DNA from: a virus
Lineage: Duplodnaviria; Caudoviricetes
Reading direction: 5' to 3' (one strand)
Virus record (IMG/VR): IMGVR_UViG_3300021399_003033
Coordinates: 9,619-73,618 of that record
Length of the DNA: 64,000 bases
The notes under the pieces were generated by a model. That model was not told the origin of the DNA and did not search any database. It saw only the letters and a program-made list of their open reading frames with translations. Below are positions 11,264 through 21,704 of this stretch, piece after piece (the stretch's first letter is position 1; each line of letters starts with the position of its first letter). The translations under genes were made by a program, and so were the position numbers.

Positions 11264-14200
11264 ATGAGAAAATATTTTAATAATCATGCTCATACAATTT
11301 ATTCTAATGTTCGTCTTTTGGATGCAATAAATCGTCCAAAAGATTTGATTAAAAAAGCTCATGAATTAGGTATGAGCGGTATTGCGATTACAGATCATGA
11401 AATTCTTTCTGCACATGTAGAAGCTTTAAAAGTAGCAGAAGAAATTTATAAAGAAGATCCAGATTTTCTTGTTGCTTTAGGAAATGAAATTTATTTAACA
11501 GATACAAGAGATAATGGACAAAAATATTATCATTTTATTTTAATTGCAAAAGATGCTATTGGTCATAAAGCACTTCGTGAATTAAGTTCTCATTCTTGGT
11601 TTTGTTCATATATGGACAGGGGACTTGAAAGAGTACCAACTTTAAAATCTGAATTAGATGAAATTGTTCATAAATATCCAGGTCATTTAATTGCAACTAC
11701 AGCTTGTATTGGAGGAGAGTTAGGAACAAATCTTTTAATGCGAGCAAAAGCATTAGCGATAGATGATAATTATAATGCAGATTTGTATTTTATACAAGCA
11801 AAAGTATTTTTAAATTATTGTAAGAATCTATTTGGTGATGATTTTTATATTGAATGTGCTCCATCATCAAATGAAGATCAAATTGCAGTAAATAAGCAAT
11901 TAAAAGAATTATCAGAATTATTTAATATTAAAATGTGTATTGGAACAGATGCACATTATTTAACAAAAGAAGATAGACCTGTTCATAAAGCATATTTAAA
12001 TTCAAAAGGTGGAGAAAGAGAAGTTGATTCATTTTATGAATTTACATATTTAATGAATAGTGATGAAGTAGAAGAGTTATTGAGTTATTCTTTTGATAAA
12101 GATTTTATATCTGAAATTTTAGATAATAGTCTTGAAATTCAAAATAAAATTACAAAATATTCTCTTTTTCATAAACAAGATATTCCTAGAGTAGAGGTTG
12201 AAGATTATCCTAAGAAAGCGATGGGAGAGGCTTCAGAAAAATATCCTATTCTTAATTCTATGCTTTCATCTGATGATAAATATGAAAGATACTGGATAAA
12301 TGGTTGCATTAATAAATTAAAAGATATTAATAAATTCAATCAAGAATATCTTAGTCGTCTTGAAGAGGAAGCTGATGTAAAAAGAGTTATAGGTGAAAAA
12401 CTTGAAACTAATATGTTCTGTTATCCTGTAACTCTCCAGCATTATATTGATTTAATCTGGGATTGTGGTTCAATGGTTGGTGCAGGAAGAGGTTCTTCTT
12501 GTGCGGCATTAAATCACTATTTATTAGGTGTTACTCAGCTAGATCCAATTGAATGGGATTTACCTTTCTTTAGATATTTAAATAGAGAACGTATTGAGCT
12601 TGGTGATATTGATATTGATATTTGTCCAAGTAAACGTCCATTAATTTTAAATAAAATTAAAGAAGAAAGAAAAGCATATTTTAATGAAGATGTTGCAGAA
12701 TGGGCAAAAGAAAATCTTGGATGTACATTAGTTGCAACTTTTGGTACTGAGGGTACAAAAAGTGCAATTTTAACAGCTTGTCGTGGATATAGAAGTGAAG
12801 ATTATCCAGACGGAATTGATGTTGATGAAGCACAGTTTATGTCTTCAATGATTCCACAAGAAAGAGGATTTTTATGGAGCATTCATGATGTAGTTTATGG
12901 AAATCCAGAAAAAGGACGAAATCCAGTTCAATCTTTTATTAGAGAAGTAAATAATTACCCAGGTTTATTAGATATTATTGTATCTATTGAAGGATTAATT
13001 AACCATAGAGGTAGTCATGCATCTGGAGTTATTTTATTTGATGGAGATCCATTTGAACATTGTGCATTTATGAAAACTCCAAAAGGAGAAATTACAACTC
13101 AGTTTGATCTTCATGATGATGAGTATTTAGGATTAACAAAATATGATTTTCTTGTAACTGAAGTTCAGGATAAATTAGTTCAAGCGATTCAACTTCTTCA
13201 AAAAGATGGTCAGATTGAAGCTGATTTATCTTTAAGAGAAGTATATGATAAATATTTTCATCCAAATGTTCTTCCGTTAAAGGATAAAAGAATTTGGGAT
13301 GCATTAGGAAATGTATCTGTATTAAATACATTTCAGTTTGATTCTGCGGTTGGTTCTCAGGTTGCGAAAATGTTGAAACCGCAAAATGTTCTTGAAATGG
13401 CCGATGCAAATGGTCTTATGAGATTAAGTGGTGAAGATGGCGAAGAGAGACCGATGAATAAATATTATAGATTTAAAAATAATATAAATCTATGGTATAA
13501 AGAAATGGATGATTTTGGTCTTACAAAAGAAGAACAAAAAGCTATTGAACCTTATTTTAAATCTTCATATGGAGTACCTCCGAGTCAAGAGCAGCTAATG
13601 AGAATGTTAATGGATGAAAACATTTGCGGCTTCAGCTTAGGAGAAGCGAATGCGGCCAGAAAAGTTGTTGGAAAGAAACAGATGAATAAGATCCCAGAAC
13701 TTAGAGAAAAAGTTCTGAAGAGTGCAAAATCTGAGAAATTGGGCCAGTATATATGGAAATATGGAGCAGGTCCGCAGATGGGTTATTCTTTTAGTGTAAT
13801 TCATGCATTAGCTTATTCATTTATTGGTGTTCAGACTTTATATATAGCAACAAATTGGAATCCGATTTATTGGAATACAGCTTGTTTGATTGTTAATAGT
13901 GGAGCAACAGATCCAGATAATGGTGGTCAAACAGATTATTCAAAAATTGCGAAAGCAATGGGAGATATAATTAATGCTGGTATTAATTTAAGTCTTGTAA
14001 ATATTAATCAATCAGGTTATGGTTTTGAGCCTGATGCAAAAAATAATAGAATTTTATATGGAATGAAAGCAATGCTAAATGTTGGTGATGATGTAATTGA
14101 TGCAACAATTAAAAATCGTCCATATATTTCTATTAAAGATTATTATAATAAAGTTCATCCAAATAAACAGGCTATGATTTCATTAATCAAAGGTGGAGCT

Positions 14201-15154
14201 TTTGATGATATGATGGAAAGAAAAATGGCAATGGCTTGGTTTATTTGGGAAACATGTGATAAAAAGAAGCGTATTACTCTTCAAAATATGGGAGGATTAA
14301 TTAAATATGGTTTACTTCCAGAAAAAAATGAAGAAGAAGTAATGGCAAGAAGAATCTATGAATTTAATAGATATTTAAAAGCTATTTGTAAAAATGGTGA
14401 AGGATATATATTAGATAATAGAGCATTAAATTTTATTCATGAAATTGAAGCAGATAGTTTGTTAGAGAATAAAAATAATGAATGGTATATTTCAGCAAAA
14501 AATTGGGATAAAAAAGTTTATCAAAAATGGATGGATGTATTTAGAGCATGGATTGCTGAAAATAAAGATGAAATATTAAATACATTAAATTCAAAGATTT
14601 TTTATGATGATTGGAGTAAATATGCTAAAGGAACAATCTCTGCTTGGGAGATGGAAGCTTTATGCTTTTATTACCACGAACATGAACTCGCTCATGTGGA
14701 TAGTTCAAGATATGGCTTTGTTAATTTTATGGATCTTCCAGAAACCCCAGTAATTGATAAAGTATATAAGAAAAATGGTAAAGAAATAAAAATATTTAAA
14801 CTTAATTTAATTTGCGGAACTTGTATTGCAAAGAATAAAGTCAAGAGTACTGTAAGTCTTTTAACTACAACTGGAGTAGTTACAGTTAAGTTCAGAAAAG
14901 AATATTTTAATCTCTTTGACAAACAGATTTCTGAAAAAAATCCAGATGGAACTAAGACAGTAAAAGAAAAATCTTGGTTTAATCGTGGAAGTATGATTAT
15001 CGTTCAGGGTATTCGTTCAGATGATAATTTCGTAACAAAAAAGTACGCAAACTCTGAAATGCATCAACTTTATAAGATAGATGAAATTCTTCCAGATGGC
15101 AGTTTAAAAATTAGGAATGAAAGATACCAGGGAGAAGCAGAAGATGATGAATGA
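11264..15154 (+). CDS. dnaE: DNA polymerase III alpha subunit (DnaE), 1296 aa, TAG-free
   Basis: PHP motifs (HAHT.YS..D, AITDHE, GTDAHYL), GAGRGSS, GDIDID, HASGV, KYDFL and GYSFSVIHALAY; OB fold at the C-terminus. Confidence 0.95.
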   Translation: MRKYFNNHAHTIYSNVRLLDAINRPKDLIKKAHELGMSGIAITDHEILSAHVEALKVAEEIYKEDPDFLVALGNEIYLTDTRDNGQKYYHFILIAKDAIGHKALRELSSHSWFCSYMDRGLERVPTLKSELDEIVHKYPGHLIATTACIGGELGTNLLMRAKALAIDDNYNADLYFIQAKVFLNYCKNLFGDDFYIECAPSSNEDQIAVNKQLKELSELFNIKMCIGTDAHYLTKEDRPVHKAYLNSKGGEREVDSFYEFTYLMNSDEVEELLSYSFDKDFISEILDNSLEIQNKITKYSLFHKQDIPRVEVEDYPKKAMGEASEKYPILNSMLSSDDKYERYWINGCINKLKDINKFNQEYLSRLEEEADVKRVIGEKLETNMFCYPVTLQHYIDLIWDCGSMVGAGRGSSCAALNHYLLGVTQLDPIEWDLPFFRYLNRERIELGDIDIDICPSKRPLILNKIKEERKAYFNEDVAEWAKENLGCTLVATFGTEGTKSAILTACRGYRSEDYPDGIDVDEAQFMSSMIPQERGFLWSIHDVVYGNPEKGRNPVQSFIREVNNYPGLLDIIVSIEGLINHRGSHASGVILFDGDPFEHCAFMKTPKGEITTQFDLHDDEYLGLTKYDFLVTEVQDKLVQAIQLLQKDGQIEADLSLREVYDKYFHPNVLPLKDKRIWDALGNVSVLNTFQFDSAVGSQVAKMLKPQNVLEMADANGLMRLSGEDGEERPMNKYYRFKNNINLWYKEMDDFGLTKEEQKAIEPYFKSSYGVPPSQEQLMRMLMDENICGFSLGEANAARKVVGKKQMNKIPELREKVLKSAKSEKLGQYIWKYGAGPQMGYSFSVIHALAYSFIGVQTLYIATNWNPIYWNTACLIVNSGATDPDNGGQTDYSKIAKAMGDIINAGINLSLVNINQSGYGFEPDAKNNRILYGMKAMLNVGDDVIDATIKNRPYISIKDYYNKVHPNKQAMISLIKGGAFDDMMERKMAMAWFIWETCDKKKRITLQNMGGLIKYGLLPEKNEEEVMARRIYEFNRYLKAICKNGEGYILDNRALNFIHEIEADSLLENKNNEWYISAKNWDKKVYQKWMDVFRAWIAENKDEILNTLNSKIFYDDWSKYAKGTISAWEMEALCFYYHEHELAHVDSSRYGFVNFMDLPETPVIDKVYKKNGKEIKIFKLNLICGTCIAKNKVKSTVSLLTTTGVVTVKFRKEYFNLFDKQISEKNPDGTKTVKEKSWFNRGSMIIVQGIRSDDNFVTKKYANSEMHQLYKIDEILPDGSLKIRNERYQGEAEDDE

Positions 15155-15497
15155 TAAACAAATATGTTCAGTTTGCGGGAGGGAACTTCCGCAAACTGAT
15201 TTTTGGAAAATAAAAGAACCATTTATAGATTGGCATAAAATAAAATATCATAGATATAATATTTGTAAAGAATGTTGTTATGAAACTAAATTATTAGATG
15301 AATCTAACAATGATAATATAAAATTATATTGTGAATTTTTTAATATTCCTTTTATATTAAAAGAATGGGAAATATTAAAAAAAAGATATTATCCTAAAAG
15401 ACATATTTTTGGAAGATATATGGCTAAAATGAACTTAGCAGGATATCGACCATATTAGTATAAAGATTCGGAGGAATTGAATAAATTCTATGAATAA
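15144..15497 (+). CDS. Zn-finger protein (CxxC...CxxC), 117 aa, TAG at 15456
   Basis: CSVCGREL...ICKECC and GRYMAKMNL. Read-through ends at TAA 15495-15497, overlapping the gmk start. Confidence 0.65.
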
Positions 15498-16077
15498 TTA
15501 TAAAATTCTTGCAATTATTGGAGAGGCCGGAACTGGTAAAGATACTATCATGAAAGAGGTTCTTAAAAAGAACCCCAATATTCATGAAATTATTTCTTGT
15601 ACTACACGTCCTCCAAGAGAAAAGGAAAAAAATGGTATTAATTATCATTTTTTAACGCATGAAGAATTTACAAATAAAATTTTAAATAATGAAATGCTTG
15701 AAGCAACAGTTTTTAATGATTGGTGTTATGGAACAAGTTATGATTCATTAGATACAAATAAAGTTAATATTGGAGTTTTTAATCCAGCAGGAATAGAAGC
15801 TTTAATGGAACATAAAAATATTTTTATTGTGTGTTATTATGTGCGGGCCGCAGACAAACAGCGTCTTTTACGCCAACTTAATCGTGAGGAAAATCCTGAT
15901 GTAAAAGAGATAATTAGACGCTTTTCCGCAGATAATTTAGATTTTTCAGAGCTTCAATTTCATTATAATGAAATTGAGAATAACACACTACAAGATCTAG
16001 ATAAAAATATTGAGATTATAAATAGCGCTTGTTTACGTCTTTAGAATCTATTGGACCAAGAAAGACAAAGTATTTAA
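15490..16077 (+). CDS. gmk: guanylate kinase, 195 aa, TAG at 16042
   Basis: GEAGTGKDT P-loop, ISCTTRPPREKEKNGINYHF and YGTS motifs. Confidence 0.9.
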
Positions 16078-16148
16078 TTTAAAATTTATATATAATAGAT
16101 TTCTACATTAGAAATCCTTAAAATAATAATAATTAGGAGGAAATCTAT

Positions 16149-18386
16149 ATGATTTATGTAAAGAAGAGAGATGGACGTAGAGTTCCATTCGATGAGAAAA
16201 AAATTGAAAATGCTGTATTAGCAGCTTTTAAAGATGTGGATAAAGAAATTACTCCATATGCATAGGATAAAGCATATAATATAGCAATGTATGTTCTTGG
16301 ATATGCAGAAGAATAGTTAACAGAATTAGGAATTGAAGATATTCAAGATTTAGTCGAAAAAGGACTTATGGCGACAAAACGAAAAGATGTCGCTAAAGCG
16401 TATATTCTTTACAGAGATAAACGTAATAAAGAACGTGAAGGCAATATAGATTGGATGAAACTTATCTCTGAAAAACTTCAAGCAAAAAATGTTCAAAATC
16501 AAAATGCTAATGTTGATGAGCATTCTTTTGGAGGAAGAAAAGGGGAAGCTGATAATGTTTTAATGAGAGAAATTGCATTAAATCATATTGGCATGTCTAA
16601 AAAAAGTAGAGATAATCATTTAAATAATCGTATCTATATTCATGATTTAGATGCATATGCAGTTGGTATGCATAACTGTTTGACAATTCCTTTTGATGAT
16701 TTGTTAGCTAATGGATTTAATACTCGTCAAACAGATATTCGTCCTGCAAACAGTGTAAATACAGCTTTTTAGCTTGTGGCAGTATTATTCCAGCTTCAAA
16801 GTTTACAACAGTTTGGAGGCGTTTCCGCAAGCCATTTAGATTGGACAATGGTTCCTTATGTAAGAAAAAGTTTTTATAAACATTTTAAAGATGGAATAAA
16901 ATATATAGATAAAAATGGTGAATCTAATAGCACTCGTTTTAATTCAGATTTACCAATTGATGCATATCAATATACATAGCATCAAGGAGAAGCCTATAAA
17001 TATGCTATGGATATGACTATTAAAGAAGTTAATCAAGCAGTAGAAGGTATGTATCATAACTTAAATACGTTACAATCAAGGTCTGGAAATTAGCTTCCAT
17101 TTACTTCAATTAATTATGGAACATGCACTTTGCCAGAAGGAAGAATAGTGATAAAAGCTTTACTTGATGGTTCTATTAAAGGAGTTGGAAAACTTCATAA
17201 AACACCTATTTTCCCTTGTGGTATTTTTCAATGTATGAAAGGAGTCAACCGTGATCCAGGGGATCCCAATTACGATTTATTTAGGTTAGCCCTTAAATCC
17301 ACAGCTAAAAGATTATATCCTAATTATGCTAATGTTGACTGGAGTGGCAATGCTGGATATGATCGCAACGATCCGAAGACATATTTCAGCACCATGGGAT
17401 GCAGAACAGCCAACGGATGGGATATCAATGGTTTCGGTCAACTGAAAGATGGACGCGGTAATATCTGTCCAGTAACTATTATTCTTCCTACTCTTGCAAT
17501 GGAAGCTAAAGAAAAAGTAGACAATGGACATCATTCATACTCTTCATATGCTTATCAAGCGGAATTTTTAAAATTGCTTGATGAAGCTATTCATGATGCG
17601 AAAGATACTCTAATTGAAAGATTTAATTGGATTTGTTCTCAAGATCCAGCTTCCGCAAAATTTATGTGGGAAAATAATACTATGGCAGGGTATATTCCAG
17701 AAGAAGGTCCTTATAGTGCTTTGCGCCATGGTACTCTTGCATTAGGTCAATTAGGTCTCGCAGAAGCGCTTCAAATTCTTATTGGTACAGACCATACTAC
17801 AGAAGAAGGTATGGAATTTGCTAAGAGAATTGAGCAGTTGTTTAAAGACAGATGTGCTGAATTTAAACAGGAATATAAACTTAATTTCGGTGTGTACTAT
17901 ACTCCAGCCGAAAACCTTTGCTATACCGCTTTAAAGAAATTTAGAGAAAAATATGGTGTAATACATAATATTAGCGATAAAGAATTCTTTACTAATTCAA
18001 TGCATGTTCCAGTTTGGAAACAAATCAGTCCTTTTGATAAAATTGATATTGAATCTCAATTAACAGGATATTCAAGCGCGGGCTGCATTACATATGTTGA
18101 ACTTGAATCTACTGTTGGTAAAAATATAGATGCAATGGAAACATTAGTAAATTATGCTATGGATAAAGATATTCCATATTTTGCAATTAATGTTCCTTGC
18201 GATACTTGTCTTGAATGCGGATATACTGGTGAATTTAATAATACTTGTCCTGTTTGCGGCAGTGACCATATTCAGCAATTAAGACGTGTTACTGGTTATT
18301 TAACTGGCAATTATACAACTGCTTTTAATTATGGCAAGCAAGATGAAGTACATAATCGTGTAAAACATACAGGTTATATGGAATAA
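16149..18386 (+). CDS. nrdD: anaerobic ribonucleoside-triphosphate reductase with ATP cone, 745 aa, 5 TAGs
   Basis: AGGAGG RBS; ATP cone VKKRDGRRVPFD; YIHDLD, HNC, TAF(TAG)LVAV, SRSGN(TAG)LPFTSINYG, MGCRT, TPAENL, CLECG...CPVCG and RRVTGYL glycyl-radical loop. Confidence 0.95.
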
Positions 18387-18398
18387 GGAGGCGACCAC

Positions 18399-18878
18399 AT
18401 GAGATATGCAGGAATTATACCAAATGATTTCGCCGCAGCTCCTGGAGTATGTACTACATTTTTTGTTTAGGGTTGTCCAATAAAATGCCCTGGTTGTCAT
18501 AACTCTGAAACTTGGGATTTTGAAGGCGGAAAAGAATTTAATGCAGAGGTTTTAAATAAATTAGAAGAAGATTTACTTGCTAATGGAATTAATAGAACTC
18601 TTTGTATTATGGGAGGAGAACCTCTCTGTCAAGAAAATTTATTCTTAACAACTATGATTGTTACAGAAATGAAACATAGATTACCAGATTTAAAAATTTG
18701 GATTTGGACTGGATATGAATATAAAGATATATTAGAAGAAGAATCTAATCCAAAAATTAAATATATTTTAGAAACTGTTAATGGATTGGTTACTGGTCCT
18801 TTTATTCAATCTTTAAGAGATATTACTCTTCCAATGAGAGGTAGTAGTAATCAAGAGATTATTAATTTAAAAAATTGA
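18399..18878 (+). CDS. nrdG: anaerobic RNR activase (radical SAM), 159 aa, TAG at 18468
   Basis: FV(TAG)GCPIKCPGCHNSETWDFEGG CxxxCxxC cluster motif, GGEPL, IWTGY; AAGGAGG RBS. Confidence 0.95.
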
Positions 18879-18903
18879 CTTTTATTCTTTTATTTGATAT
18901 AAT
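18875..18903 (+). promoter_or_regulatory. sigmaA promoter TTGACT-N17-TATAAT with extended TG
   Basis: TTGACT 18875-18880, TG 18895-18896, TATAAT 18898-18903. Confidence 0.8.
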
Positions 18904-18937
18904 AAAATTATAAATAAAAAGAAATGTGAGGTATGTA

Positions 18938-19519
18938 ATGAAAAATAAATTTCTAATTTTACTAATGGCTTTATTCCTATTAATTTTTAATTTTAATGCT
19001 TTTGCAAATGAGGGTGATATAAAAACTATAACAAAATATTCAAACAAAGATGGTAATCCTATTTATATCGCTCCAAGTGAAAGTTCTGAAATTATAGGAA
19101 CAGCTTTTGAAAATACTTCTTTTGAAGTTGTTTATGGCGGAGAAAGTGATGGCTGGAGTCAAATTGTAGCAGAAAATGGAAATGTCTTTATGAAGACAGA
19201 AGATTTATCTGATCAAAAAATTGAACATGGGCATTGGGTGTCTCTAGGAAAATATAAAACAACAGGATATTGTAATTGTAGAAAATGCTGCGGAAAGTGG
19301 TCTGGAGGCCCAACGGCAAGTGGGAGATATCCTATATCAAATCATACAGTAGCCTGTGGTTCTCTTCCTTTGGGAACCAAAATTATGATGAATGGTCAGC
19401 AATATATTGTTGAAGATAGAGGAGTTACTGGAAGACATATAGACGTTTATTATGACTCTCATAAAGTAGCTTATGCTCATGGAGTAAAATATATAGAAGT
19501 ATTTAGATGGGTGGAATAA
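18938..19519 (+). CDS. secreted SH3b + 3D-domain cell-wall protein (MltA-like lytic transglycosylase family), TAG-free
   Basis: Signal peptide MKNKFLILLMALFLLIFNFNAFA; SH3b-like middle (DGWSQI); 3D domain TTGYCNC...TASG...TVAC..LPLGTKI...VEDRG...HIDVY. Confidence 0.85.
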   Translation: MKNKFLILLMALFLLIFNFNAFANEGDIKTITKYSNKDGNPIYIAPSESSEIIGTAFENTSFEVVYGGESDGWSQIVAENGNVFMKTEDLSDQKIEHGHWVSLGKYKTTGYCNCRKCCGKWSGGPTASGRYPISNHTVACGSLPLGTKIMMNGQQYIVEDRGVTGRHIDVYYDSHKVAYAHGVKYIEVFRWVE

Positions 19520-19526
19520 AAAATAT

Positions 19527-20084
19527 ATGCAGCCAATTGAAGTTGATAATATAAATATTTTAAAATCTTTACCAAATCATCAAAAAGGTGAAATAGCTAT
19601 CGTCAAAGATGAACAGCAAAATTATGTTTATGTAGATGAAGAAAAGGGCTGGGTTCCTTTAAAAGCTAATATTGAATCTAATGGTTTAAAAATGAATTTA
19701 TATGAATTAAATAAATCTATTGTAAGTCAATTACCAGTTTTTGATGATAACGCTTGGAATGGAACAGAAAAAGTTATTAATGATTGGTTTCAAGATCAAT
19801 TAAATCAAACTAAAAAACCAAAATATTTTATGTTATATGGCAAAGATATTAGTTATTTTACTGTATTTAGAAGAGTAACTGCTGGTTTTGATTATGAAAA
19901 TTTCTTTAGTGCGTTAAAAGATATTTTAATTAATATTGGCGATGTATATGCTATTGATCCAGTAGAAGATAAAAGTGCTATTGAAATTTGGATTCGATAT
20001 ATTGATGAAGATCAAAAAATTGATGAAATGACTTGCCTATATTTATTTAATTATGATGAAGGGGTTATAACTTTTCATGAATAA
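19527..20084 (+). CDS. hypothetical phage protein (185 aa)
   Basis: Uninterrupted ORF packed between its neighbours; C-terminal IEIWI...YLFNYDEGVI. Confidence 0.75.
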   Translation: MQPIEVDNINILKSLPNHQKGEIAIVKDEQQNYVYVDEEKGWVPLKANIESNGLKMNLYELNKSIVSQLPVFDDNAWNGTEKVINDWFQDQLNQTKKPKYFMLYGKDISYFTVFRRVTAGFDYENFFSALKDILINIGDVYAIDPVEDKSAIEIWIRYIDEDQKIDEMTCLYLFNYDEGVITFHE

Positions 20085-20313
20085 TGAAATTATTTGTTTT
20101 GTGGATATGTTTTCCCTAACTCAAAATCTTAAAATTGGAGATAAAATTATCACAATTCCAACAGATGAGTTAGGAAAAACAATTCCTTCTTTATGTTATA
20201 GTAATTAGACTAATAAAGTACATTTATATGGTAATGAAATGTATATTGAAGGAATTGTAGTTGAAATAAATGAAAATGCTGATTATGCAAATATTGAGAT
20301 AAAGGTGAATTAA
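20077..20313 (+). CDS. hypothetical protein (78 aa, 1 TAG)
   Basis: MNNEIICFVDMFSLTQNL...YSN(TAG)TNKVHLYG...; fills the 20084-20319 gap exactly. Confidence 0.7.
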
Positions 20314-20318
20314 AAATT

Positions 20319-20543
20319 ATGAGAATTTTACTTAATAATACTGAAACTTATAGAGTTGATACAGAAGAAGAAGCTAAGGCTCTTATCGAAGAAATGAAAG
20401 AAAATGCATCTGATTATATTGTTGATTCTTATTCATCTGTAAGAAAAGAAAAAAAGAAAAAGGGTGAAATTATTGCCGAGGGGTATCAAGTAAAGATTAC
20501 AAAGAAATATTCTGATTTTTGGGTTATGGAGGAAGCTGAATAA
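20319..20543 (+). CDS. hypothetical protein (74 aa)
   Basis: ORF with AAGGTG RBS; its stop overlaps the dut start (TAATG). Confidence 0.75.
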   Translation: MRILLNNTETYRVDTEEEAKALIEEMKENASDYIVDSYSSVRKEKKKKGEIIAEGYQVKITKKYSDFWVMEEAE

Positions 20544-21127
20544 TGAGTGCTTATTTCCAAAAGGTAAGTAATTGCGGCGATGCCGTTCTGCCAGTTCGCA
20601 AGACCCAGGCTTCAGCAGGATATGATTTTTTCGCAGCTGAAGATATTATAATTCCCCCATATGAAGATCTTTGTAATGAAATGATTGGTGTTTTGCTTGA
20701 CGAAAGCGAAAGTATTTTTGATGCAGTATCAGATGCTAAAGAAGCTATGACACTCGATCAAATCGCCGCTTTAACGAAGCGCGCGCAAGCAAAACCTACT
20801 TTGATTCCTACTGGAGTTAAATGTCATCTTGATCCAGACACTTTTCTTCAACTTTCAATTCGATCTTCTTCTCCTTTAAAATACTGGATTATCCTTGCTA
20901 ATGGAGTTGGAATTATTGACGCAGATTATTACAATAATCCTGATAATGAAGGACATATATATTTTCAAGTAATTAATCTTTCTCCAATTCCCATTAAGAT
21001 CAAGAAAGGTGATGCAATTGGTTAGGGAATTATTATGAACTATAATAAAGTTTATGATGATCATGCTGATCAATTAAGAGAAGGCGGTTTTGGTTCTACA
21101 GACTCCGCACCTGCATCTACAACATAA
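20543..21127 (+). CDS. dut: trimeric dUTPase, 194 aa, TAG at 21023
   Basis: SAGYDF, RSS, GIIDADYY, KGDAIG(TAG)GI (motif 4 Gln) and REGGFGST motif 5 downstream of the TAG. Confidence 0.92.
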
Positions 21128-21624
21128 TGCGTAAATTGCTAGCCTTAGATTAGTCATCTAAAACTAGTGGATATGCAGTATTTTATGATAAAGAATTAAA
21201 ATACTATGGTCATTTTACTTTTGAGGATGATGATTTAGGAGATCGGCTTTATAAAATTCGTAAAAAAGTAAATGAACTCATAGAAAAATATGAAATTAAT
21301 GAAGTTGTTTTTGAAGATATTTAGTTACAAAATAATGTTGGCAATAATGTAAAAACATTTAAAGTTTTAGCAGAAGTATTTGGTGTTATTTATGAGTTAA
21401 TAACAGAATTAAAATTACCTCATTAGGAAATTTTAGCTTCCACTTGGAAATCTGGTCTTGGGATAAAAGGACGAACTCGTCCAGATCAAAAAAGAAATGC
21501 TCAAAAATATGTGCTTAATACTTATAATATGAAAGCAACTCAAGATGAATGTGATGCTATTTGCATTGGAACTCATATTCTTTTAGGAAAAAAACAAATA
21601 GCAGATCATGACTGGTCAGATTAA
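21127..21624 (+). CDS. ruvC: RuvC-like Holliday junction resolvase, 165 aa, TAGs at 21151, 21322, 21424
   Basis: Absent from the ORF track. LLALD(TAG)SSKTSGYAV, VVFEDI, STWKS and DECDAICIG give the D/E/D/D catalytic set. Confidence 0.8.
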
Positions 21625-21631
21625 TATAATT

Positions 21632-21674
21632 AAAAGATCTCTCTTTTTATAATATTTGAAAAGAGAGATCTTTT
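21632..21674 (+). terminator. inverted repeat, putative terminator or operator
   Basis: AAAAGATCTCTCTTTT...AAAAGAGAGATCTTTT. Confidence 0.5.
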
Positions 21675-21704
21675 TATATATTTTTTAAAGGGGAAAGGAA
21701 AACT

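Noticed and set aside
11264-18386. Inteins, introns or homing endonucleases in dnaE or nrdD
   Set aside because: Protein lengths are typical, motifs are contiguous, and no Hint, LAGLIDADG or HNH signatures were seen.
16149-18878. TAG as pyrrolysine or another amino acid, or TGA recoding
   Set aside because: Conserved columns in NrdD, NrdG and dUTPase call for Gln, no pyl genes are present, and TGA ends several genes (389, 1270, 4495, 15154, 18878) with ATGA-type overlaps.
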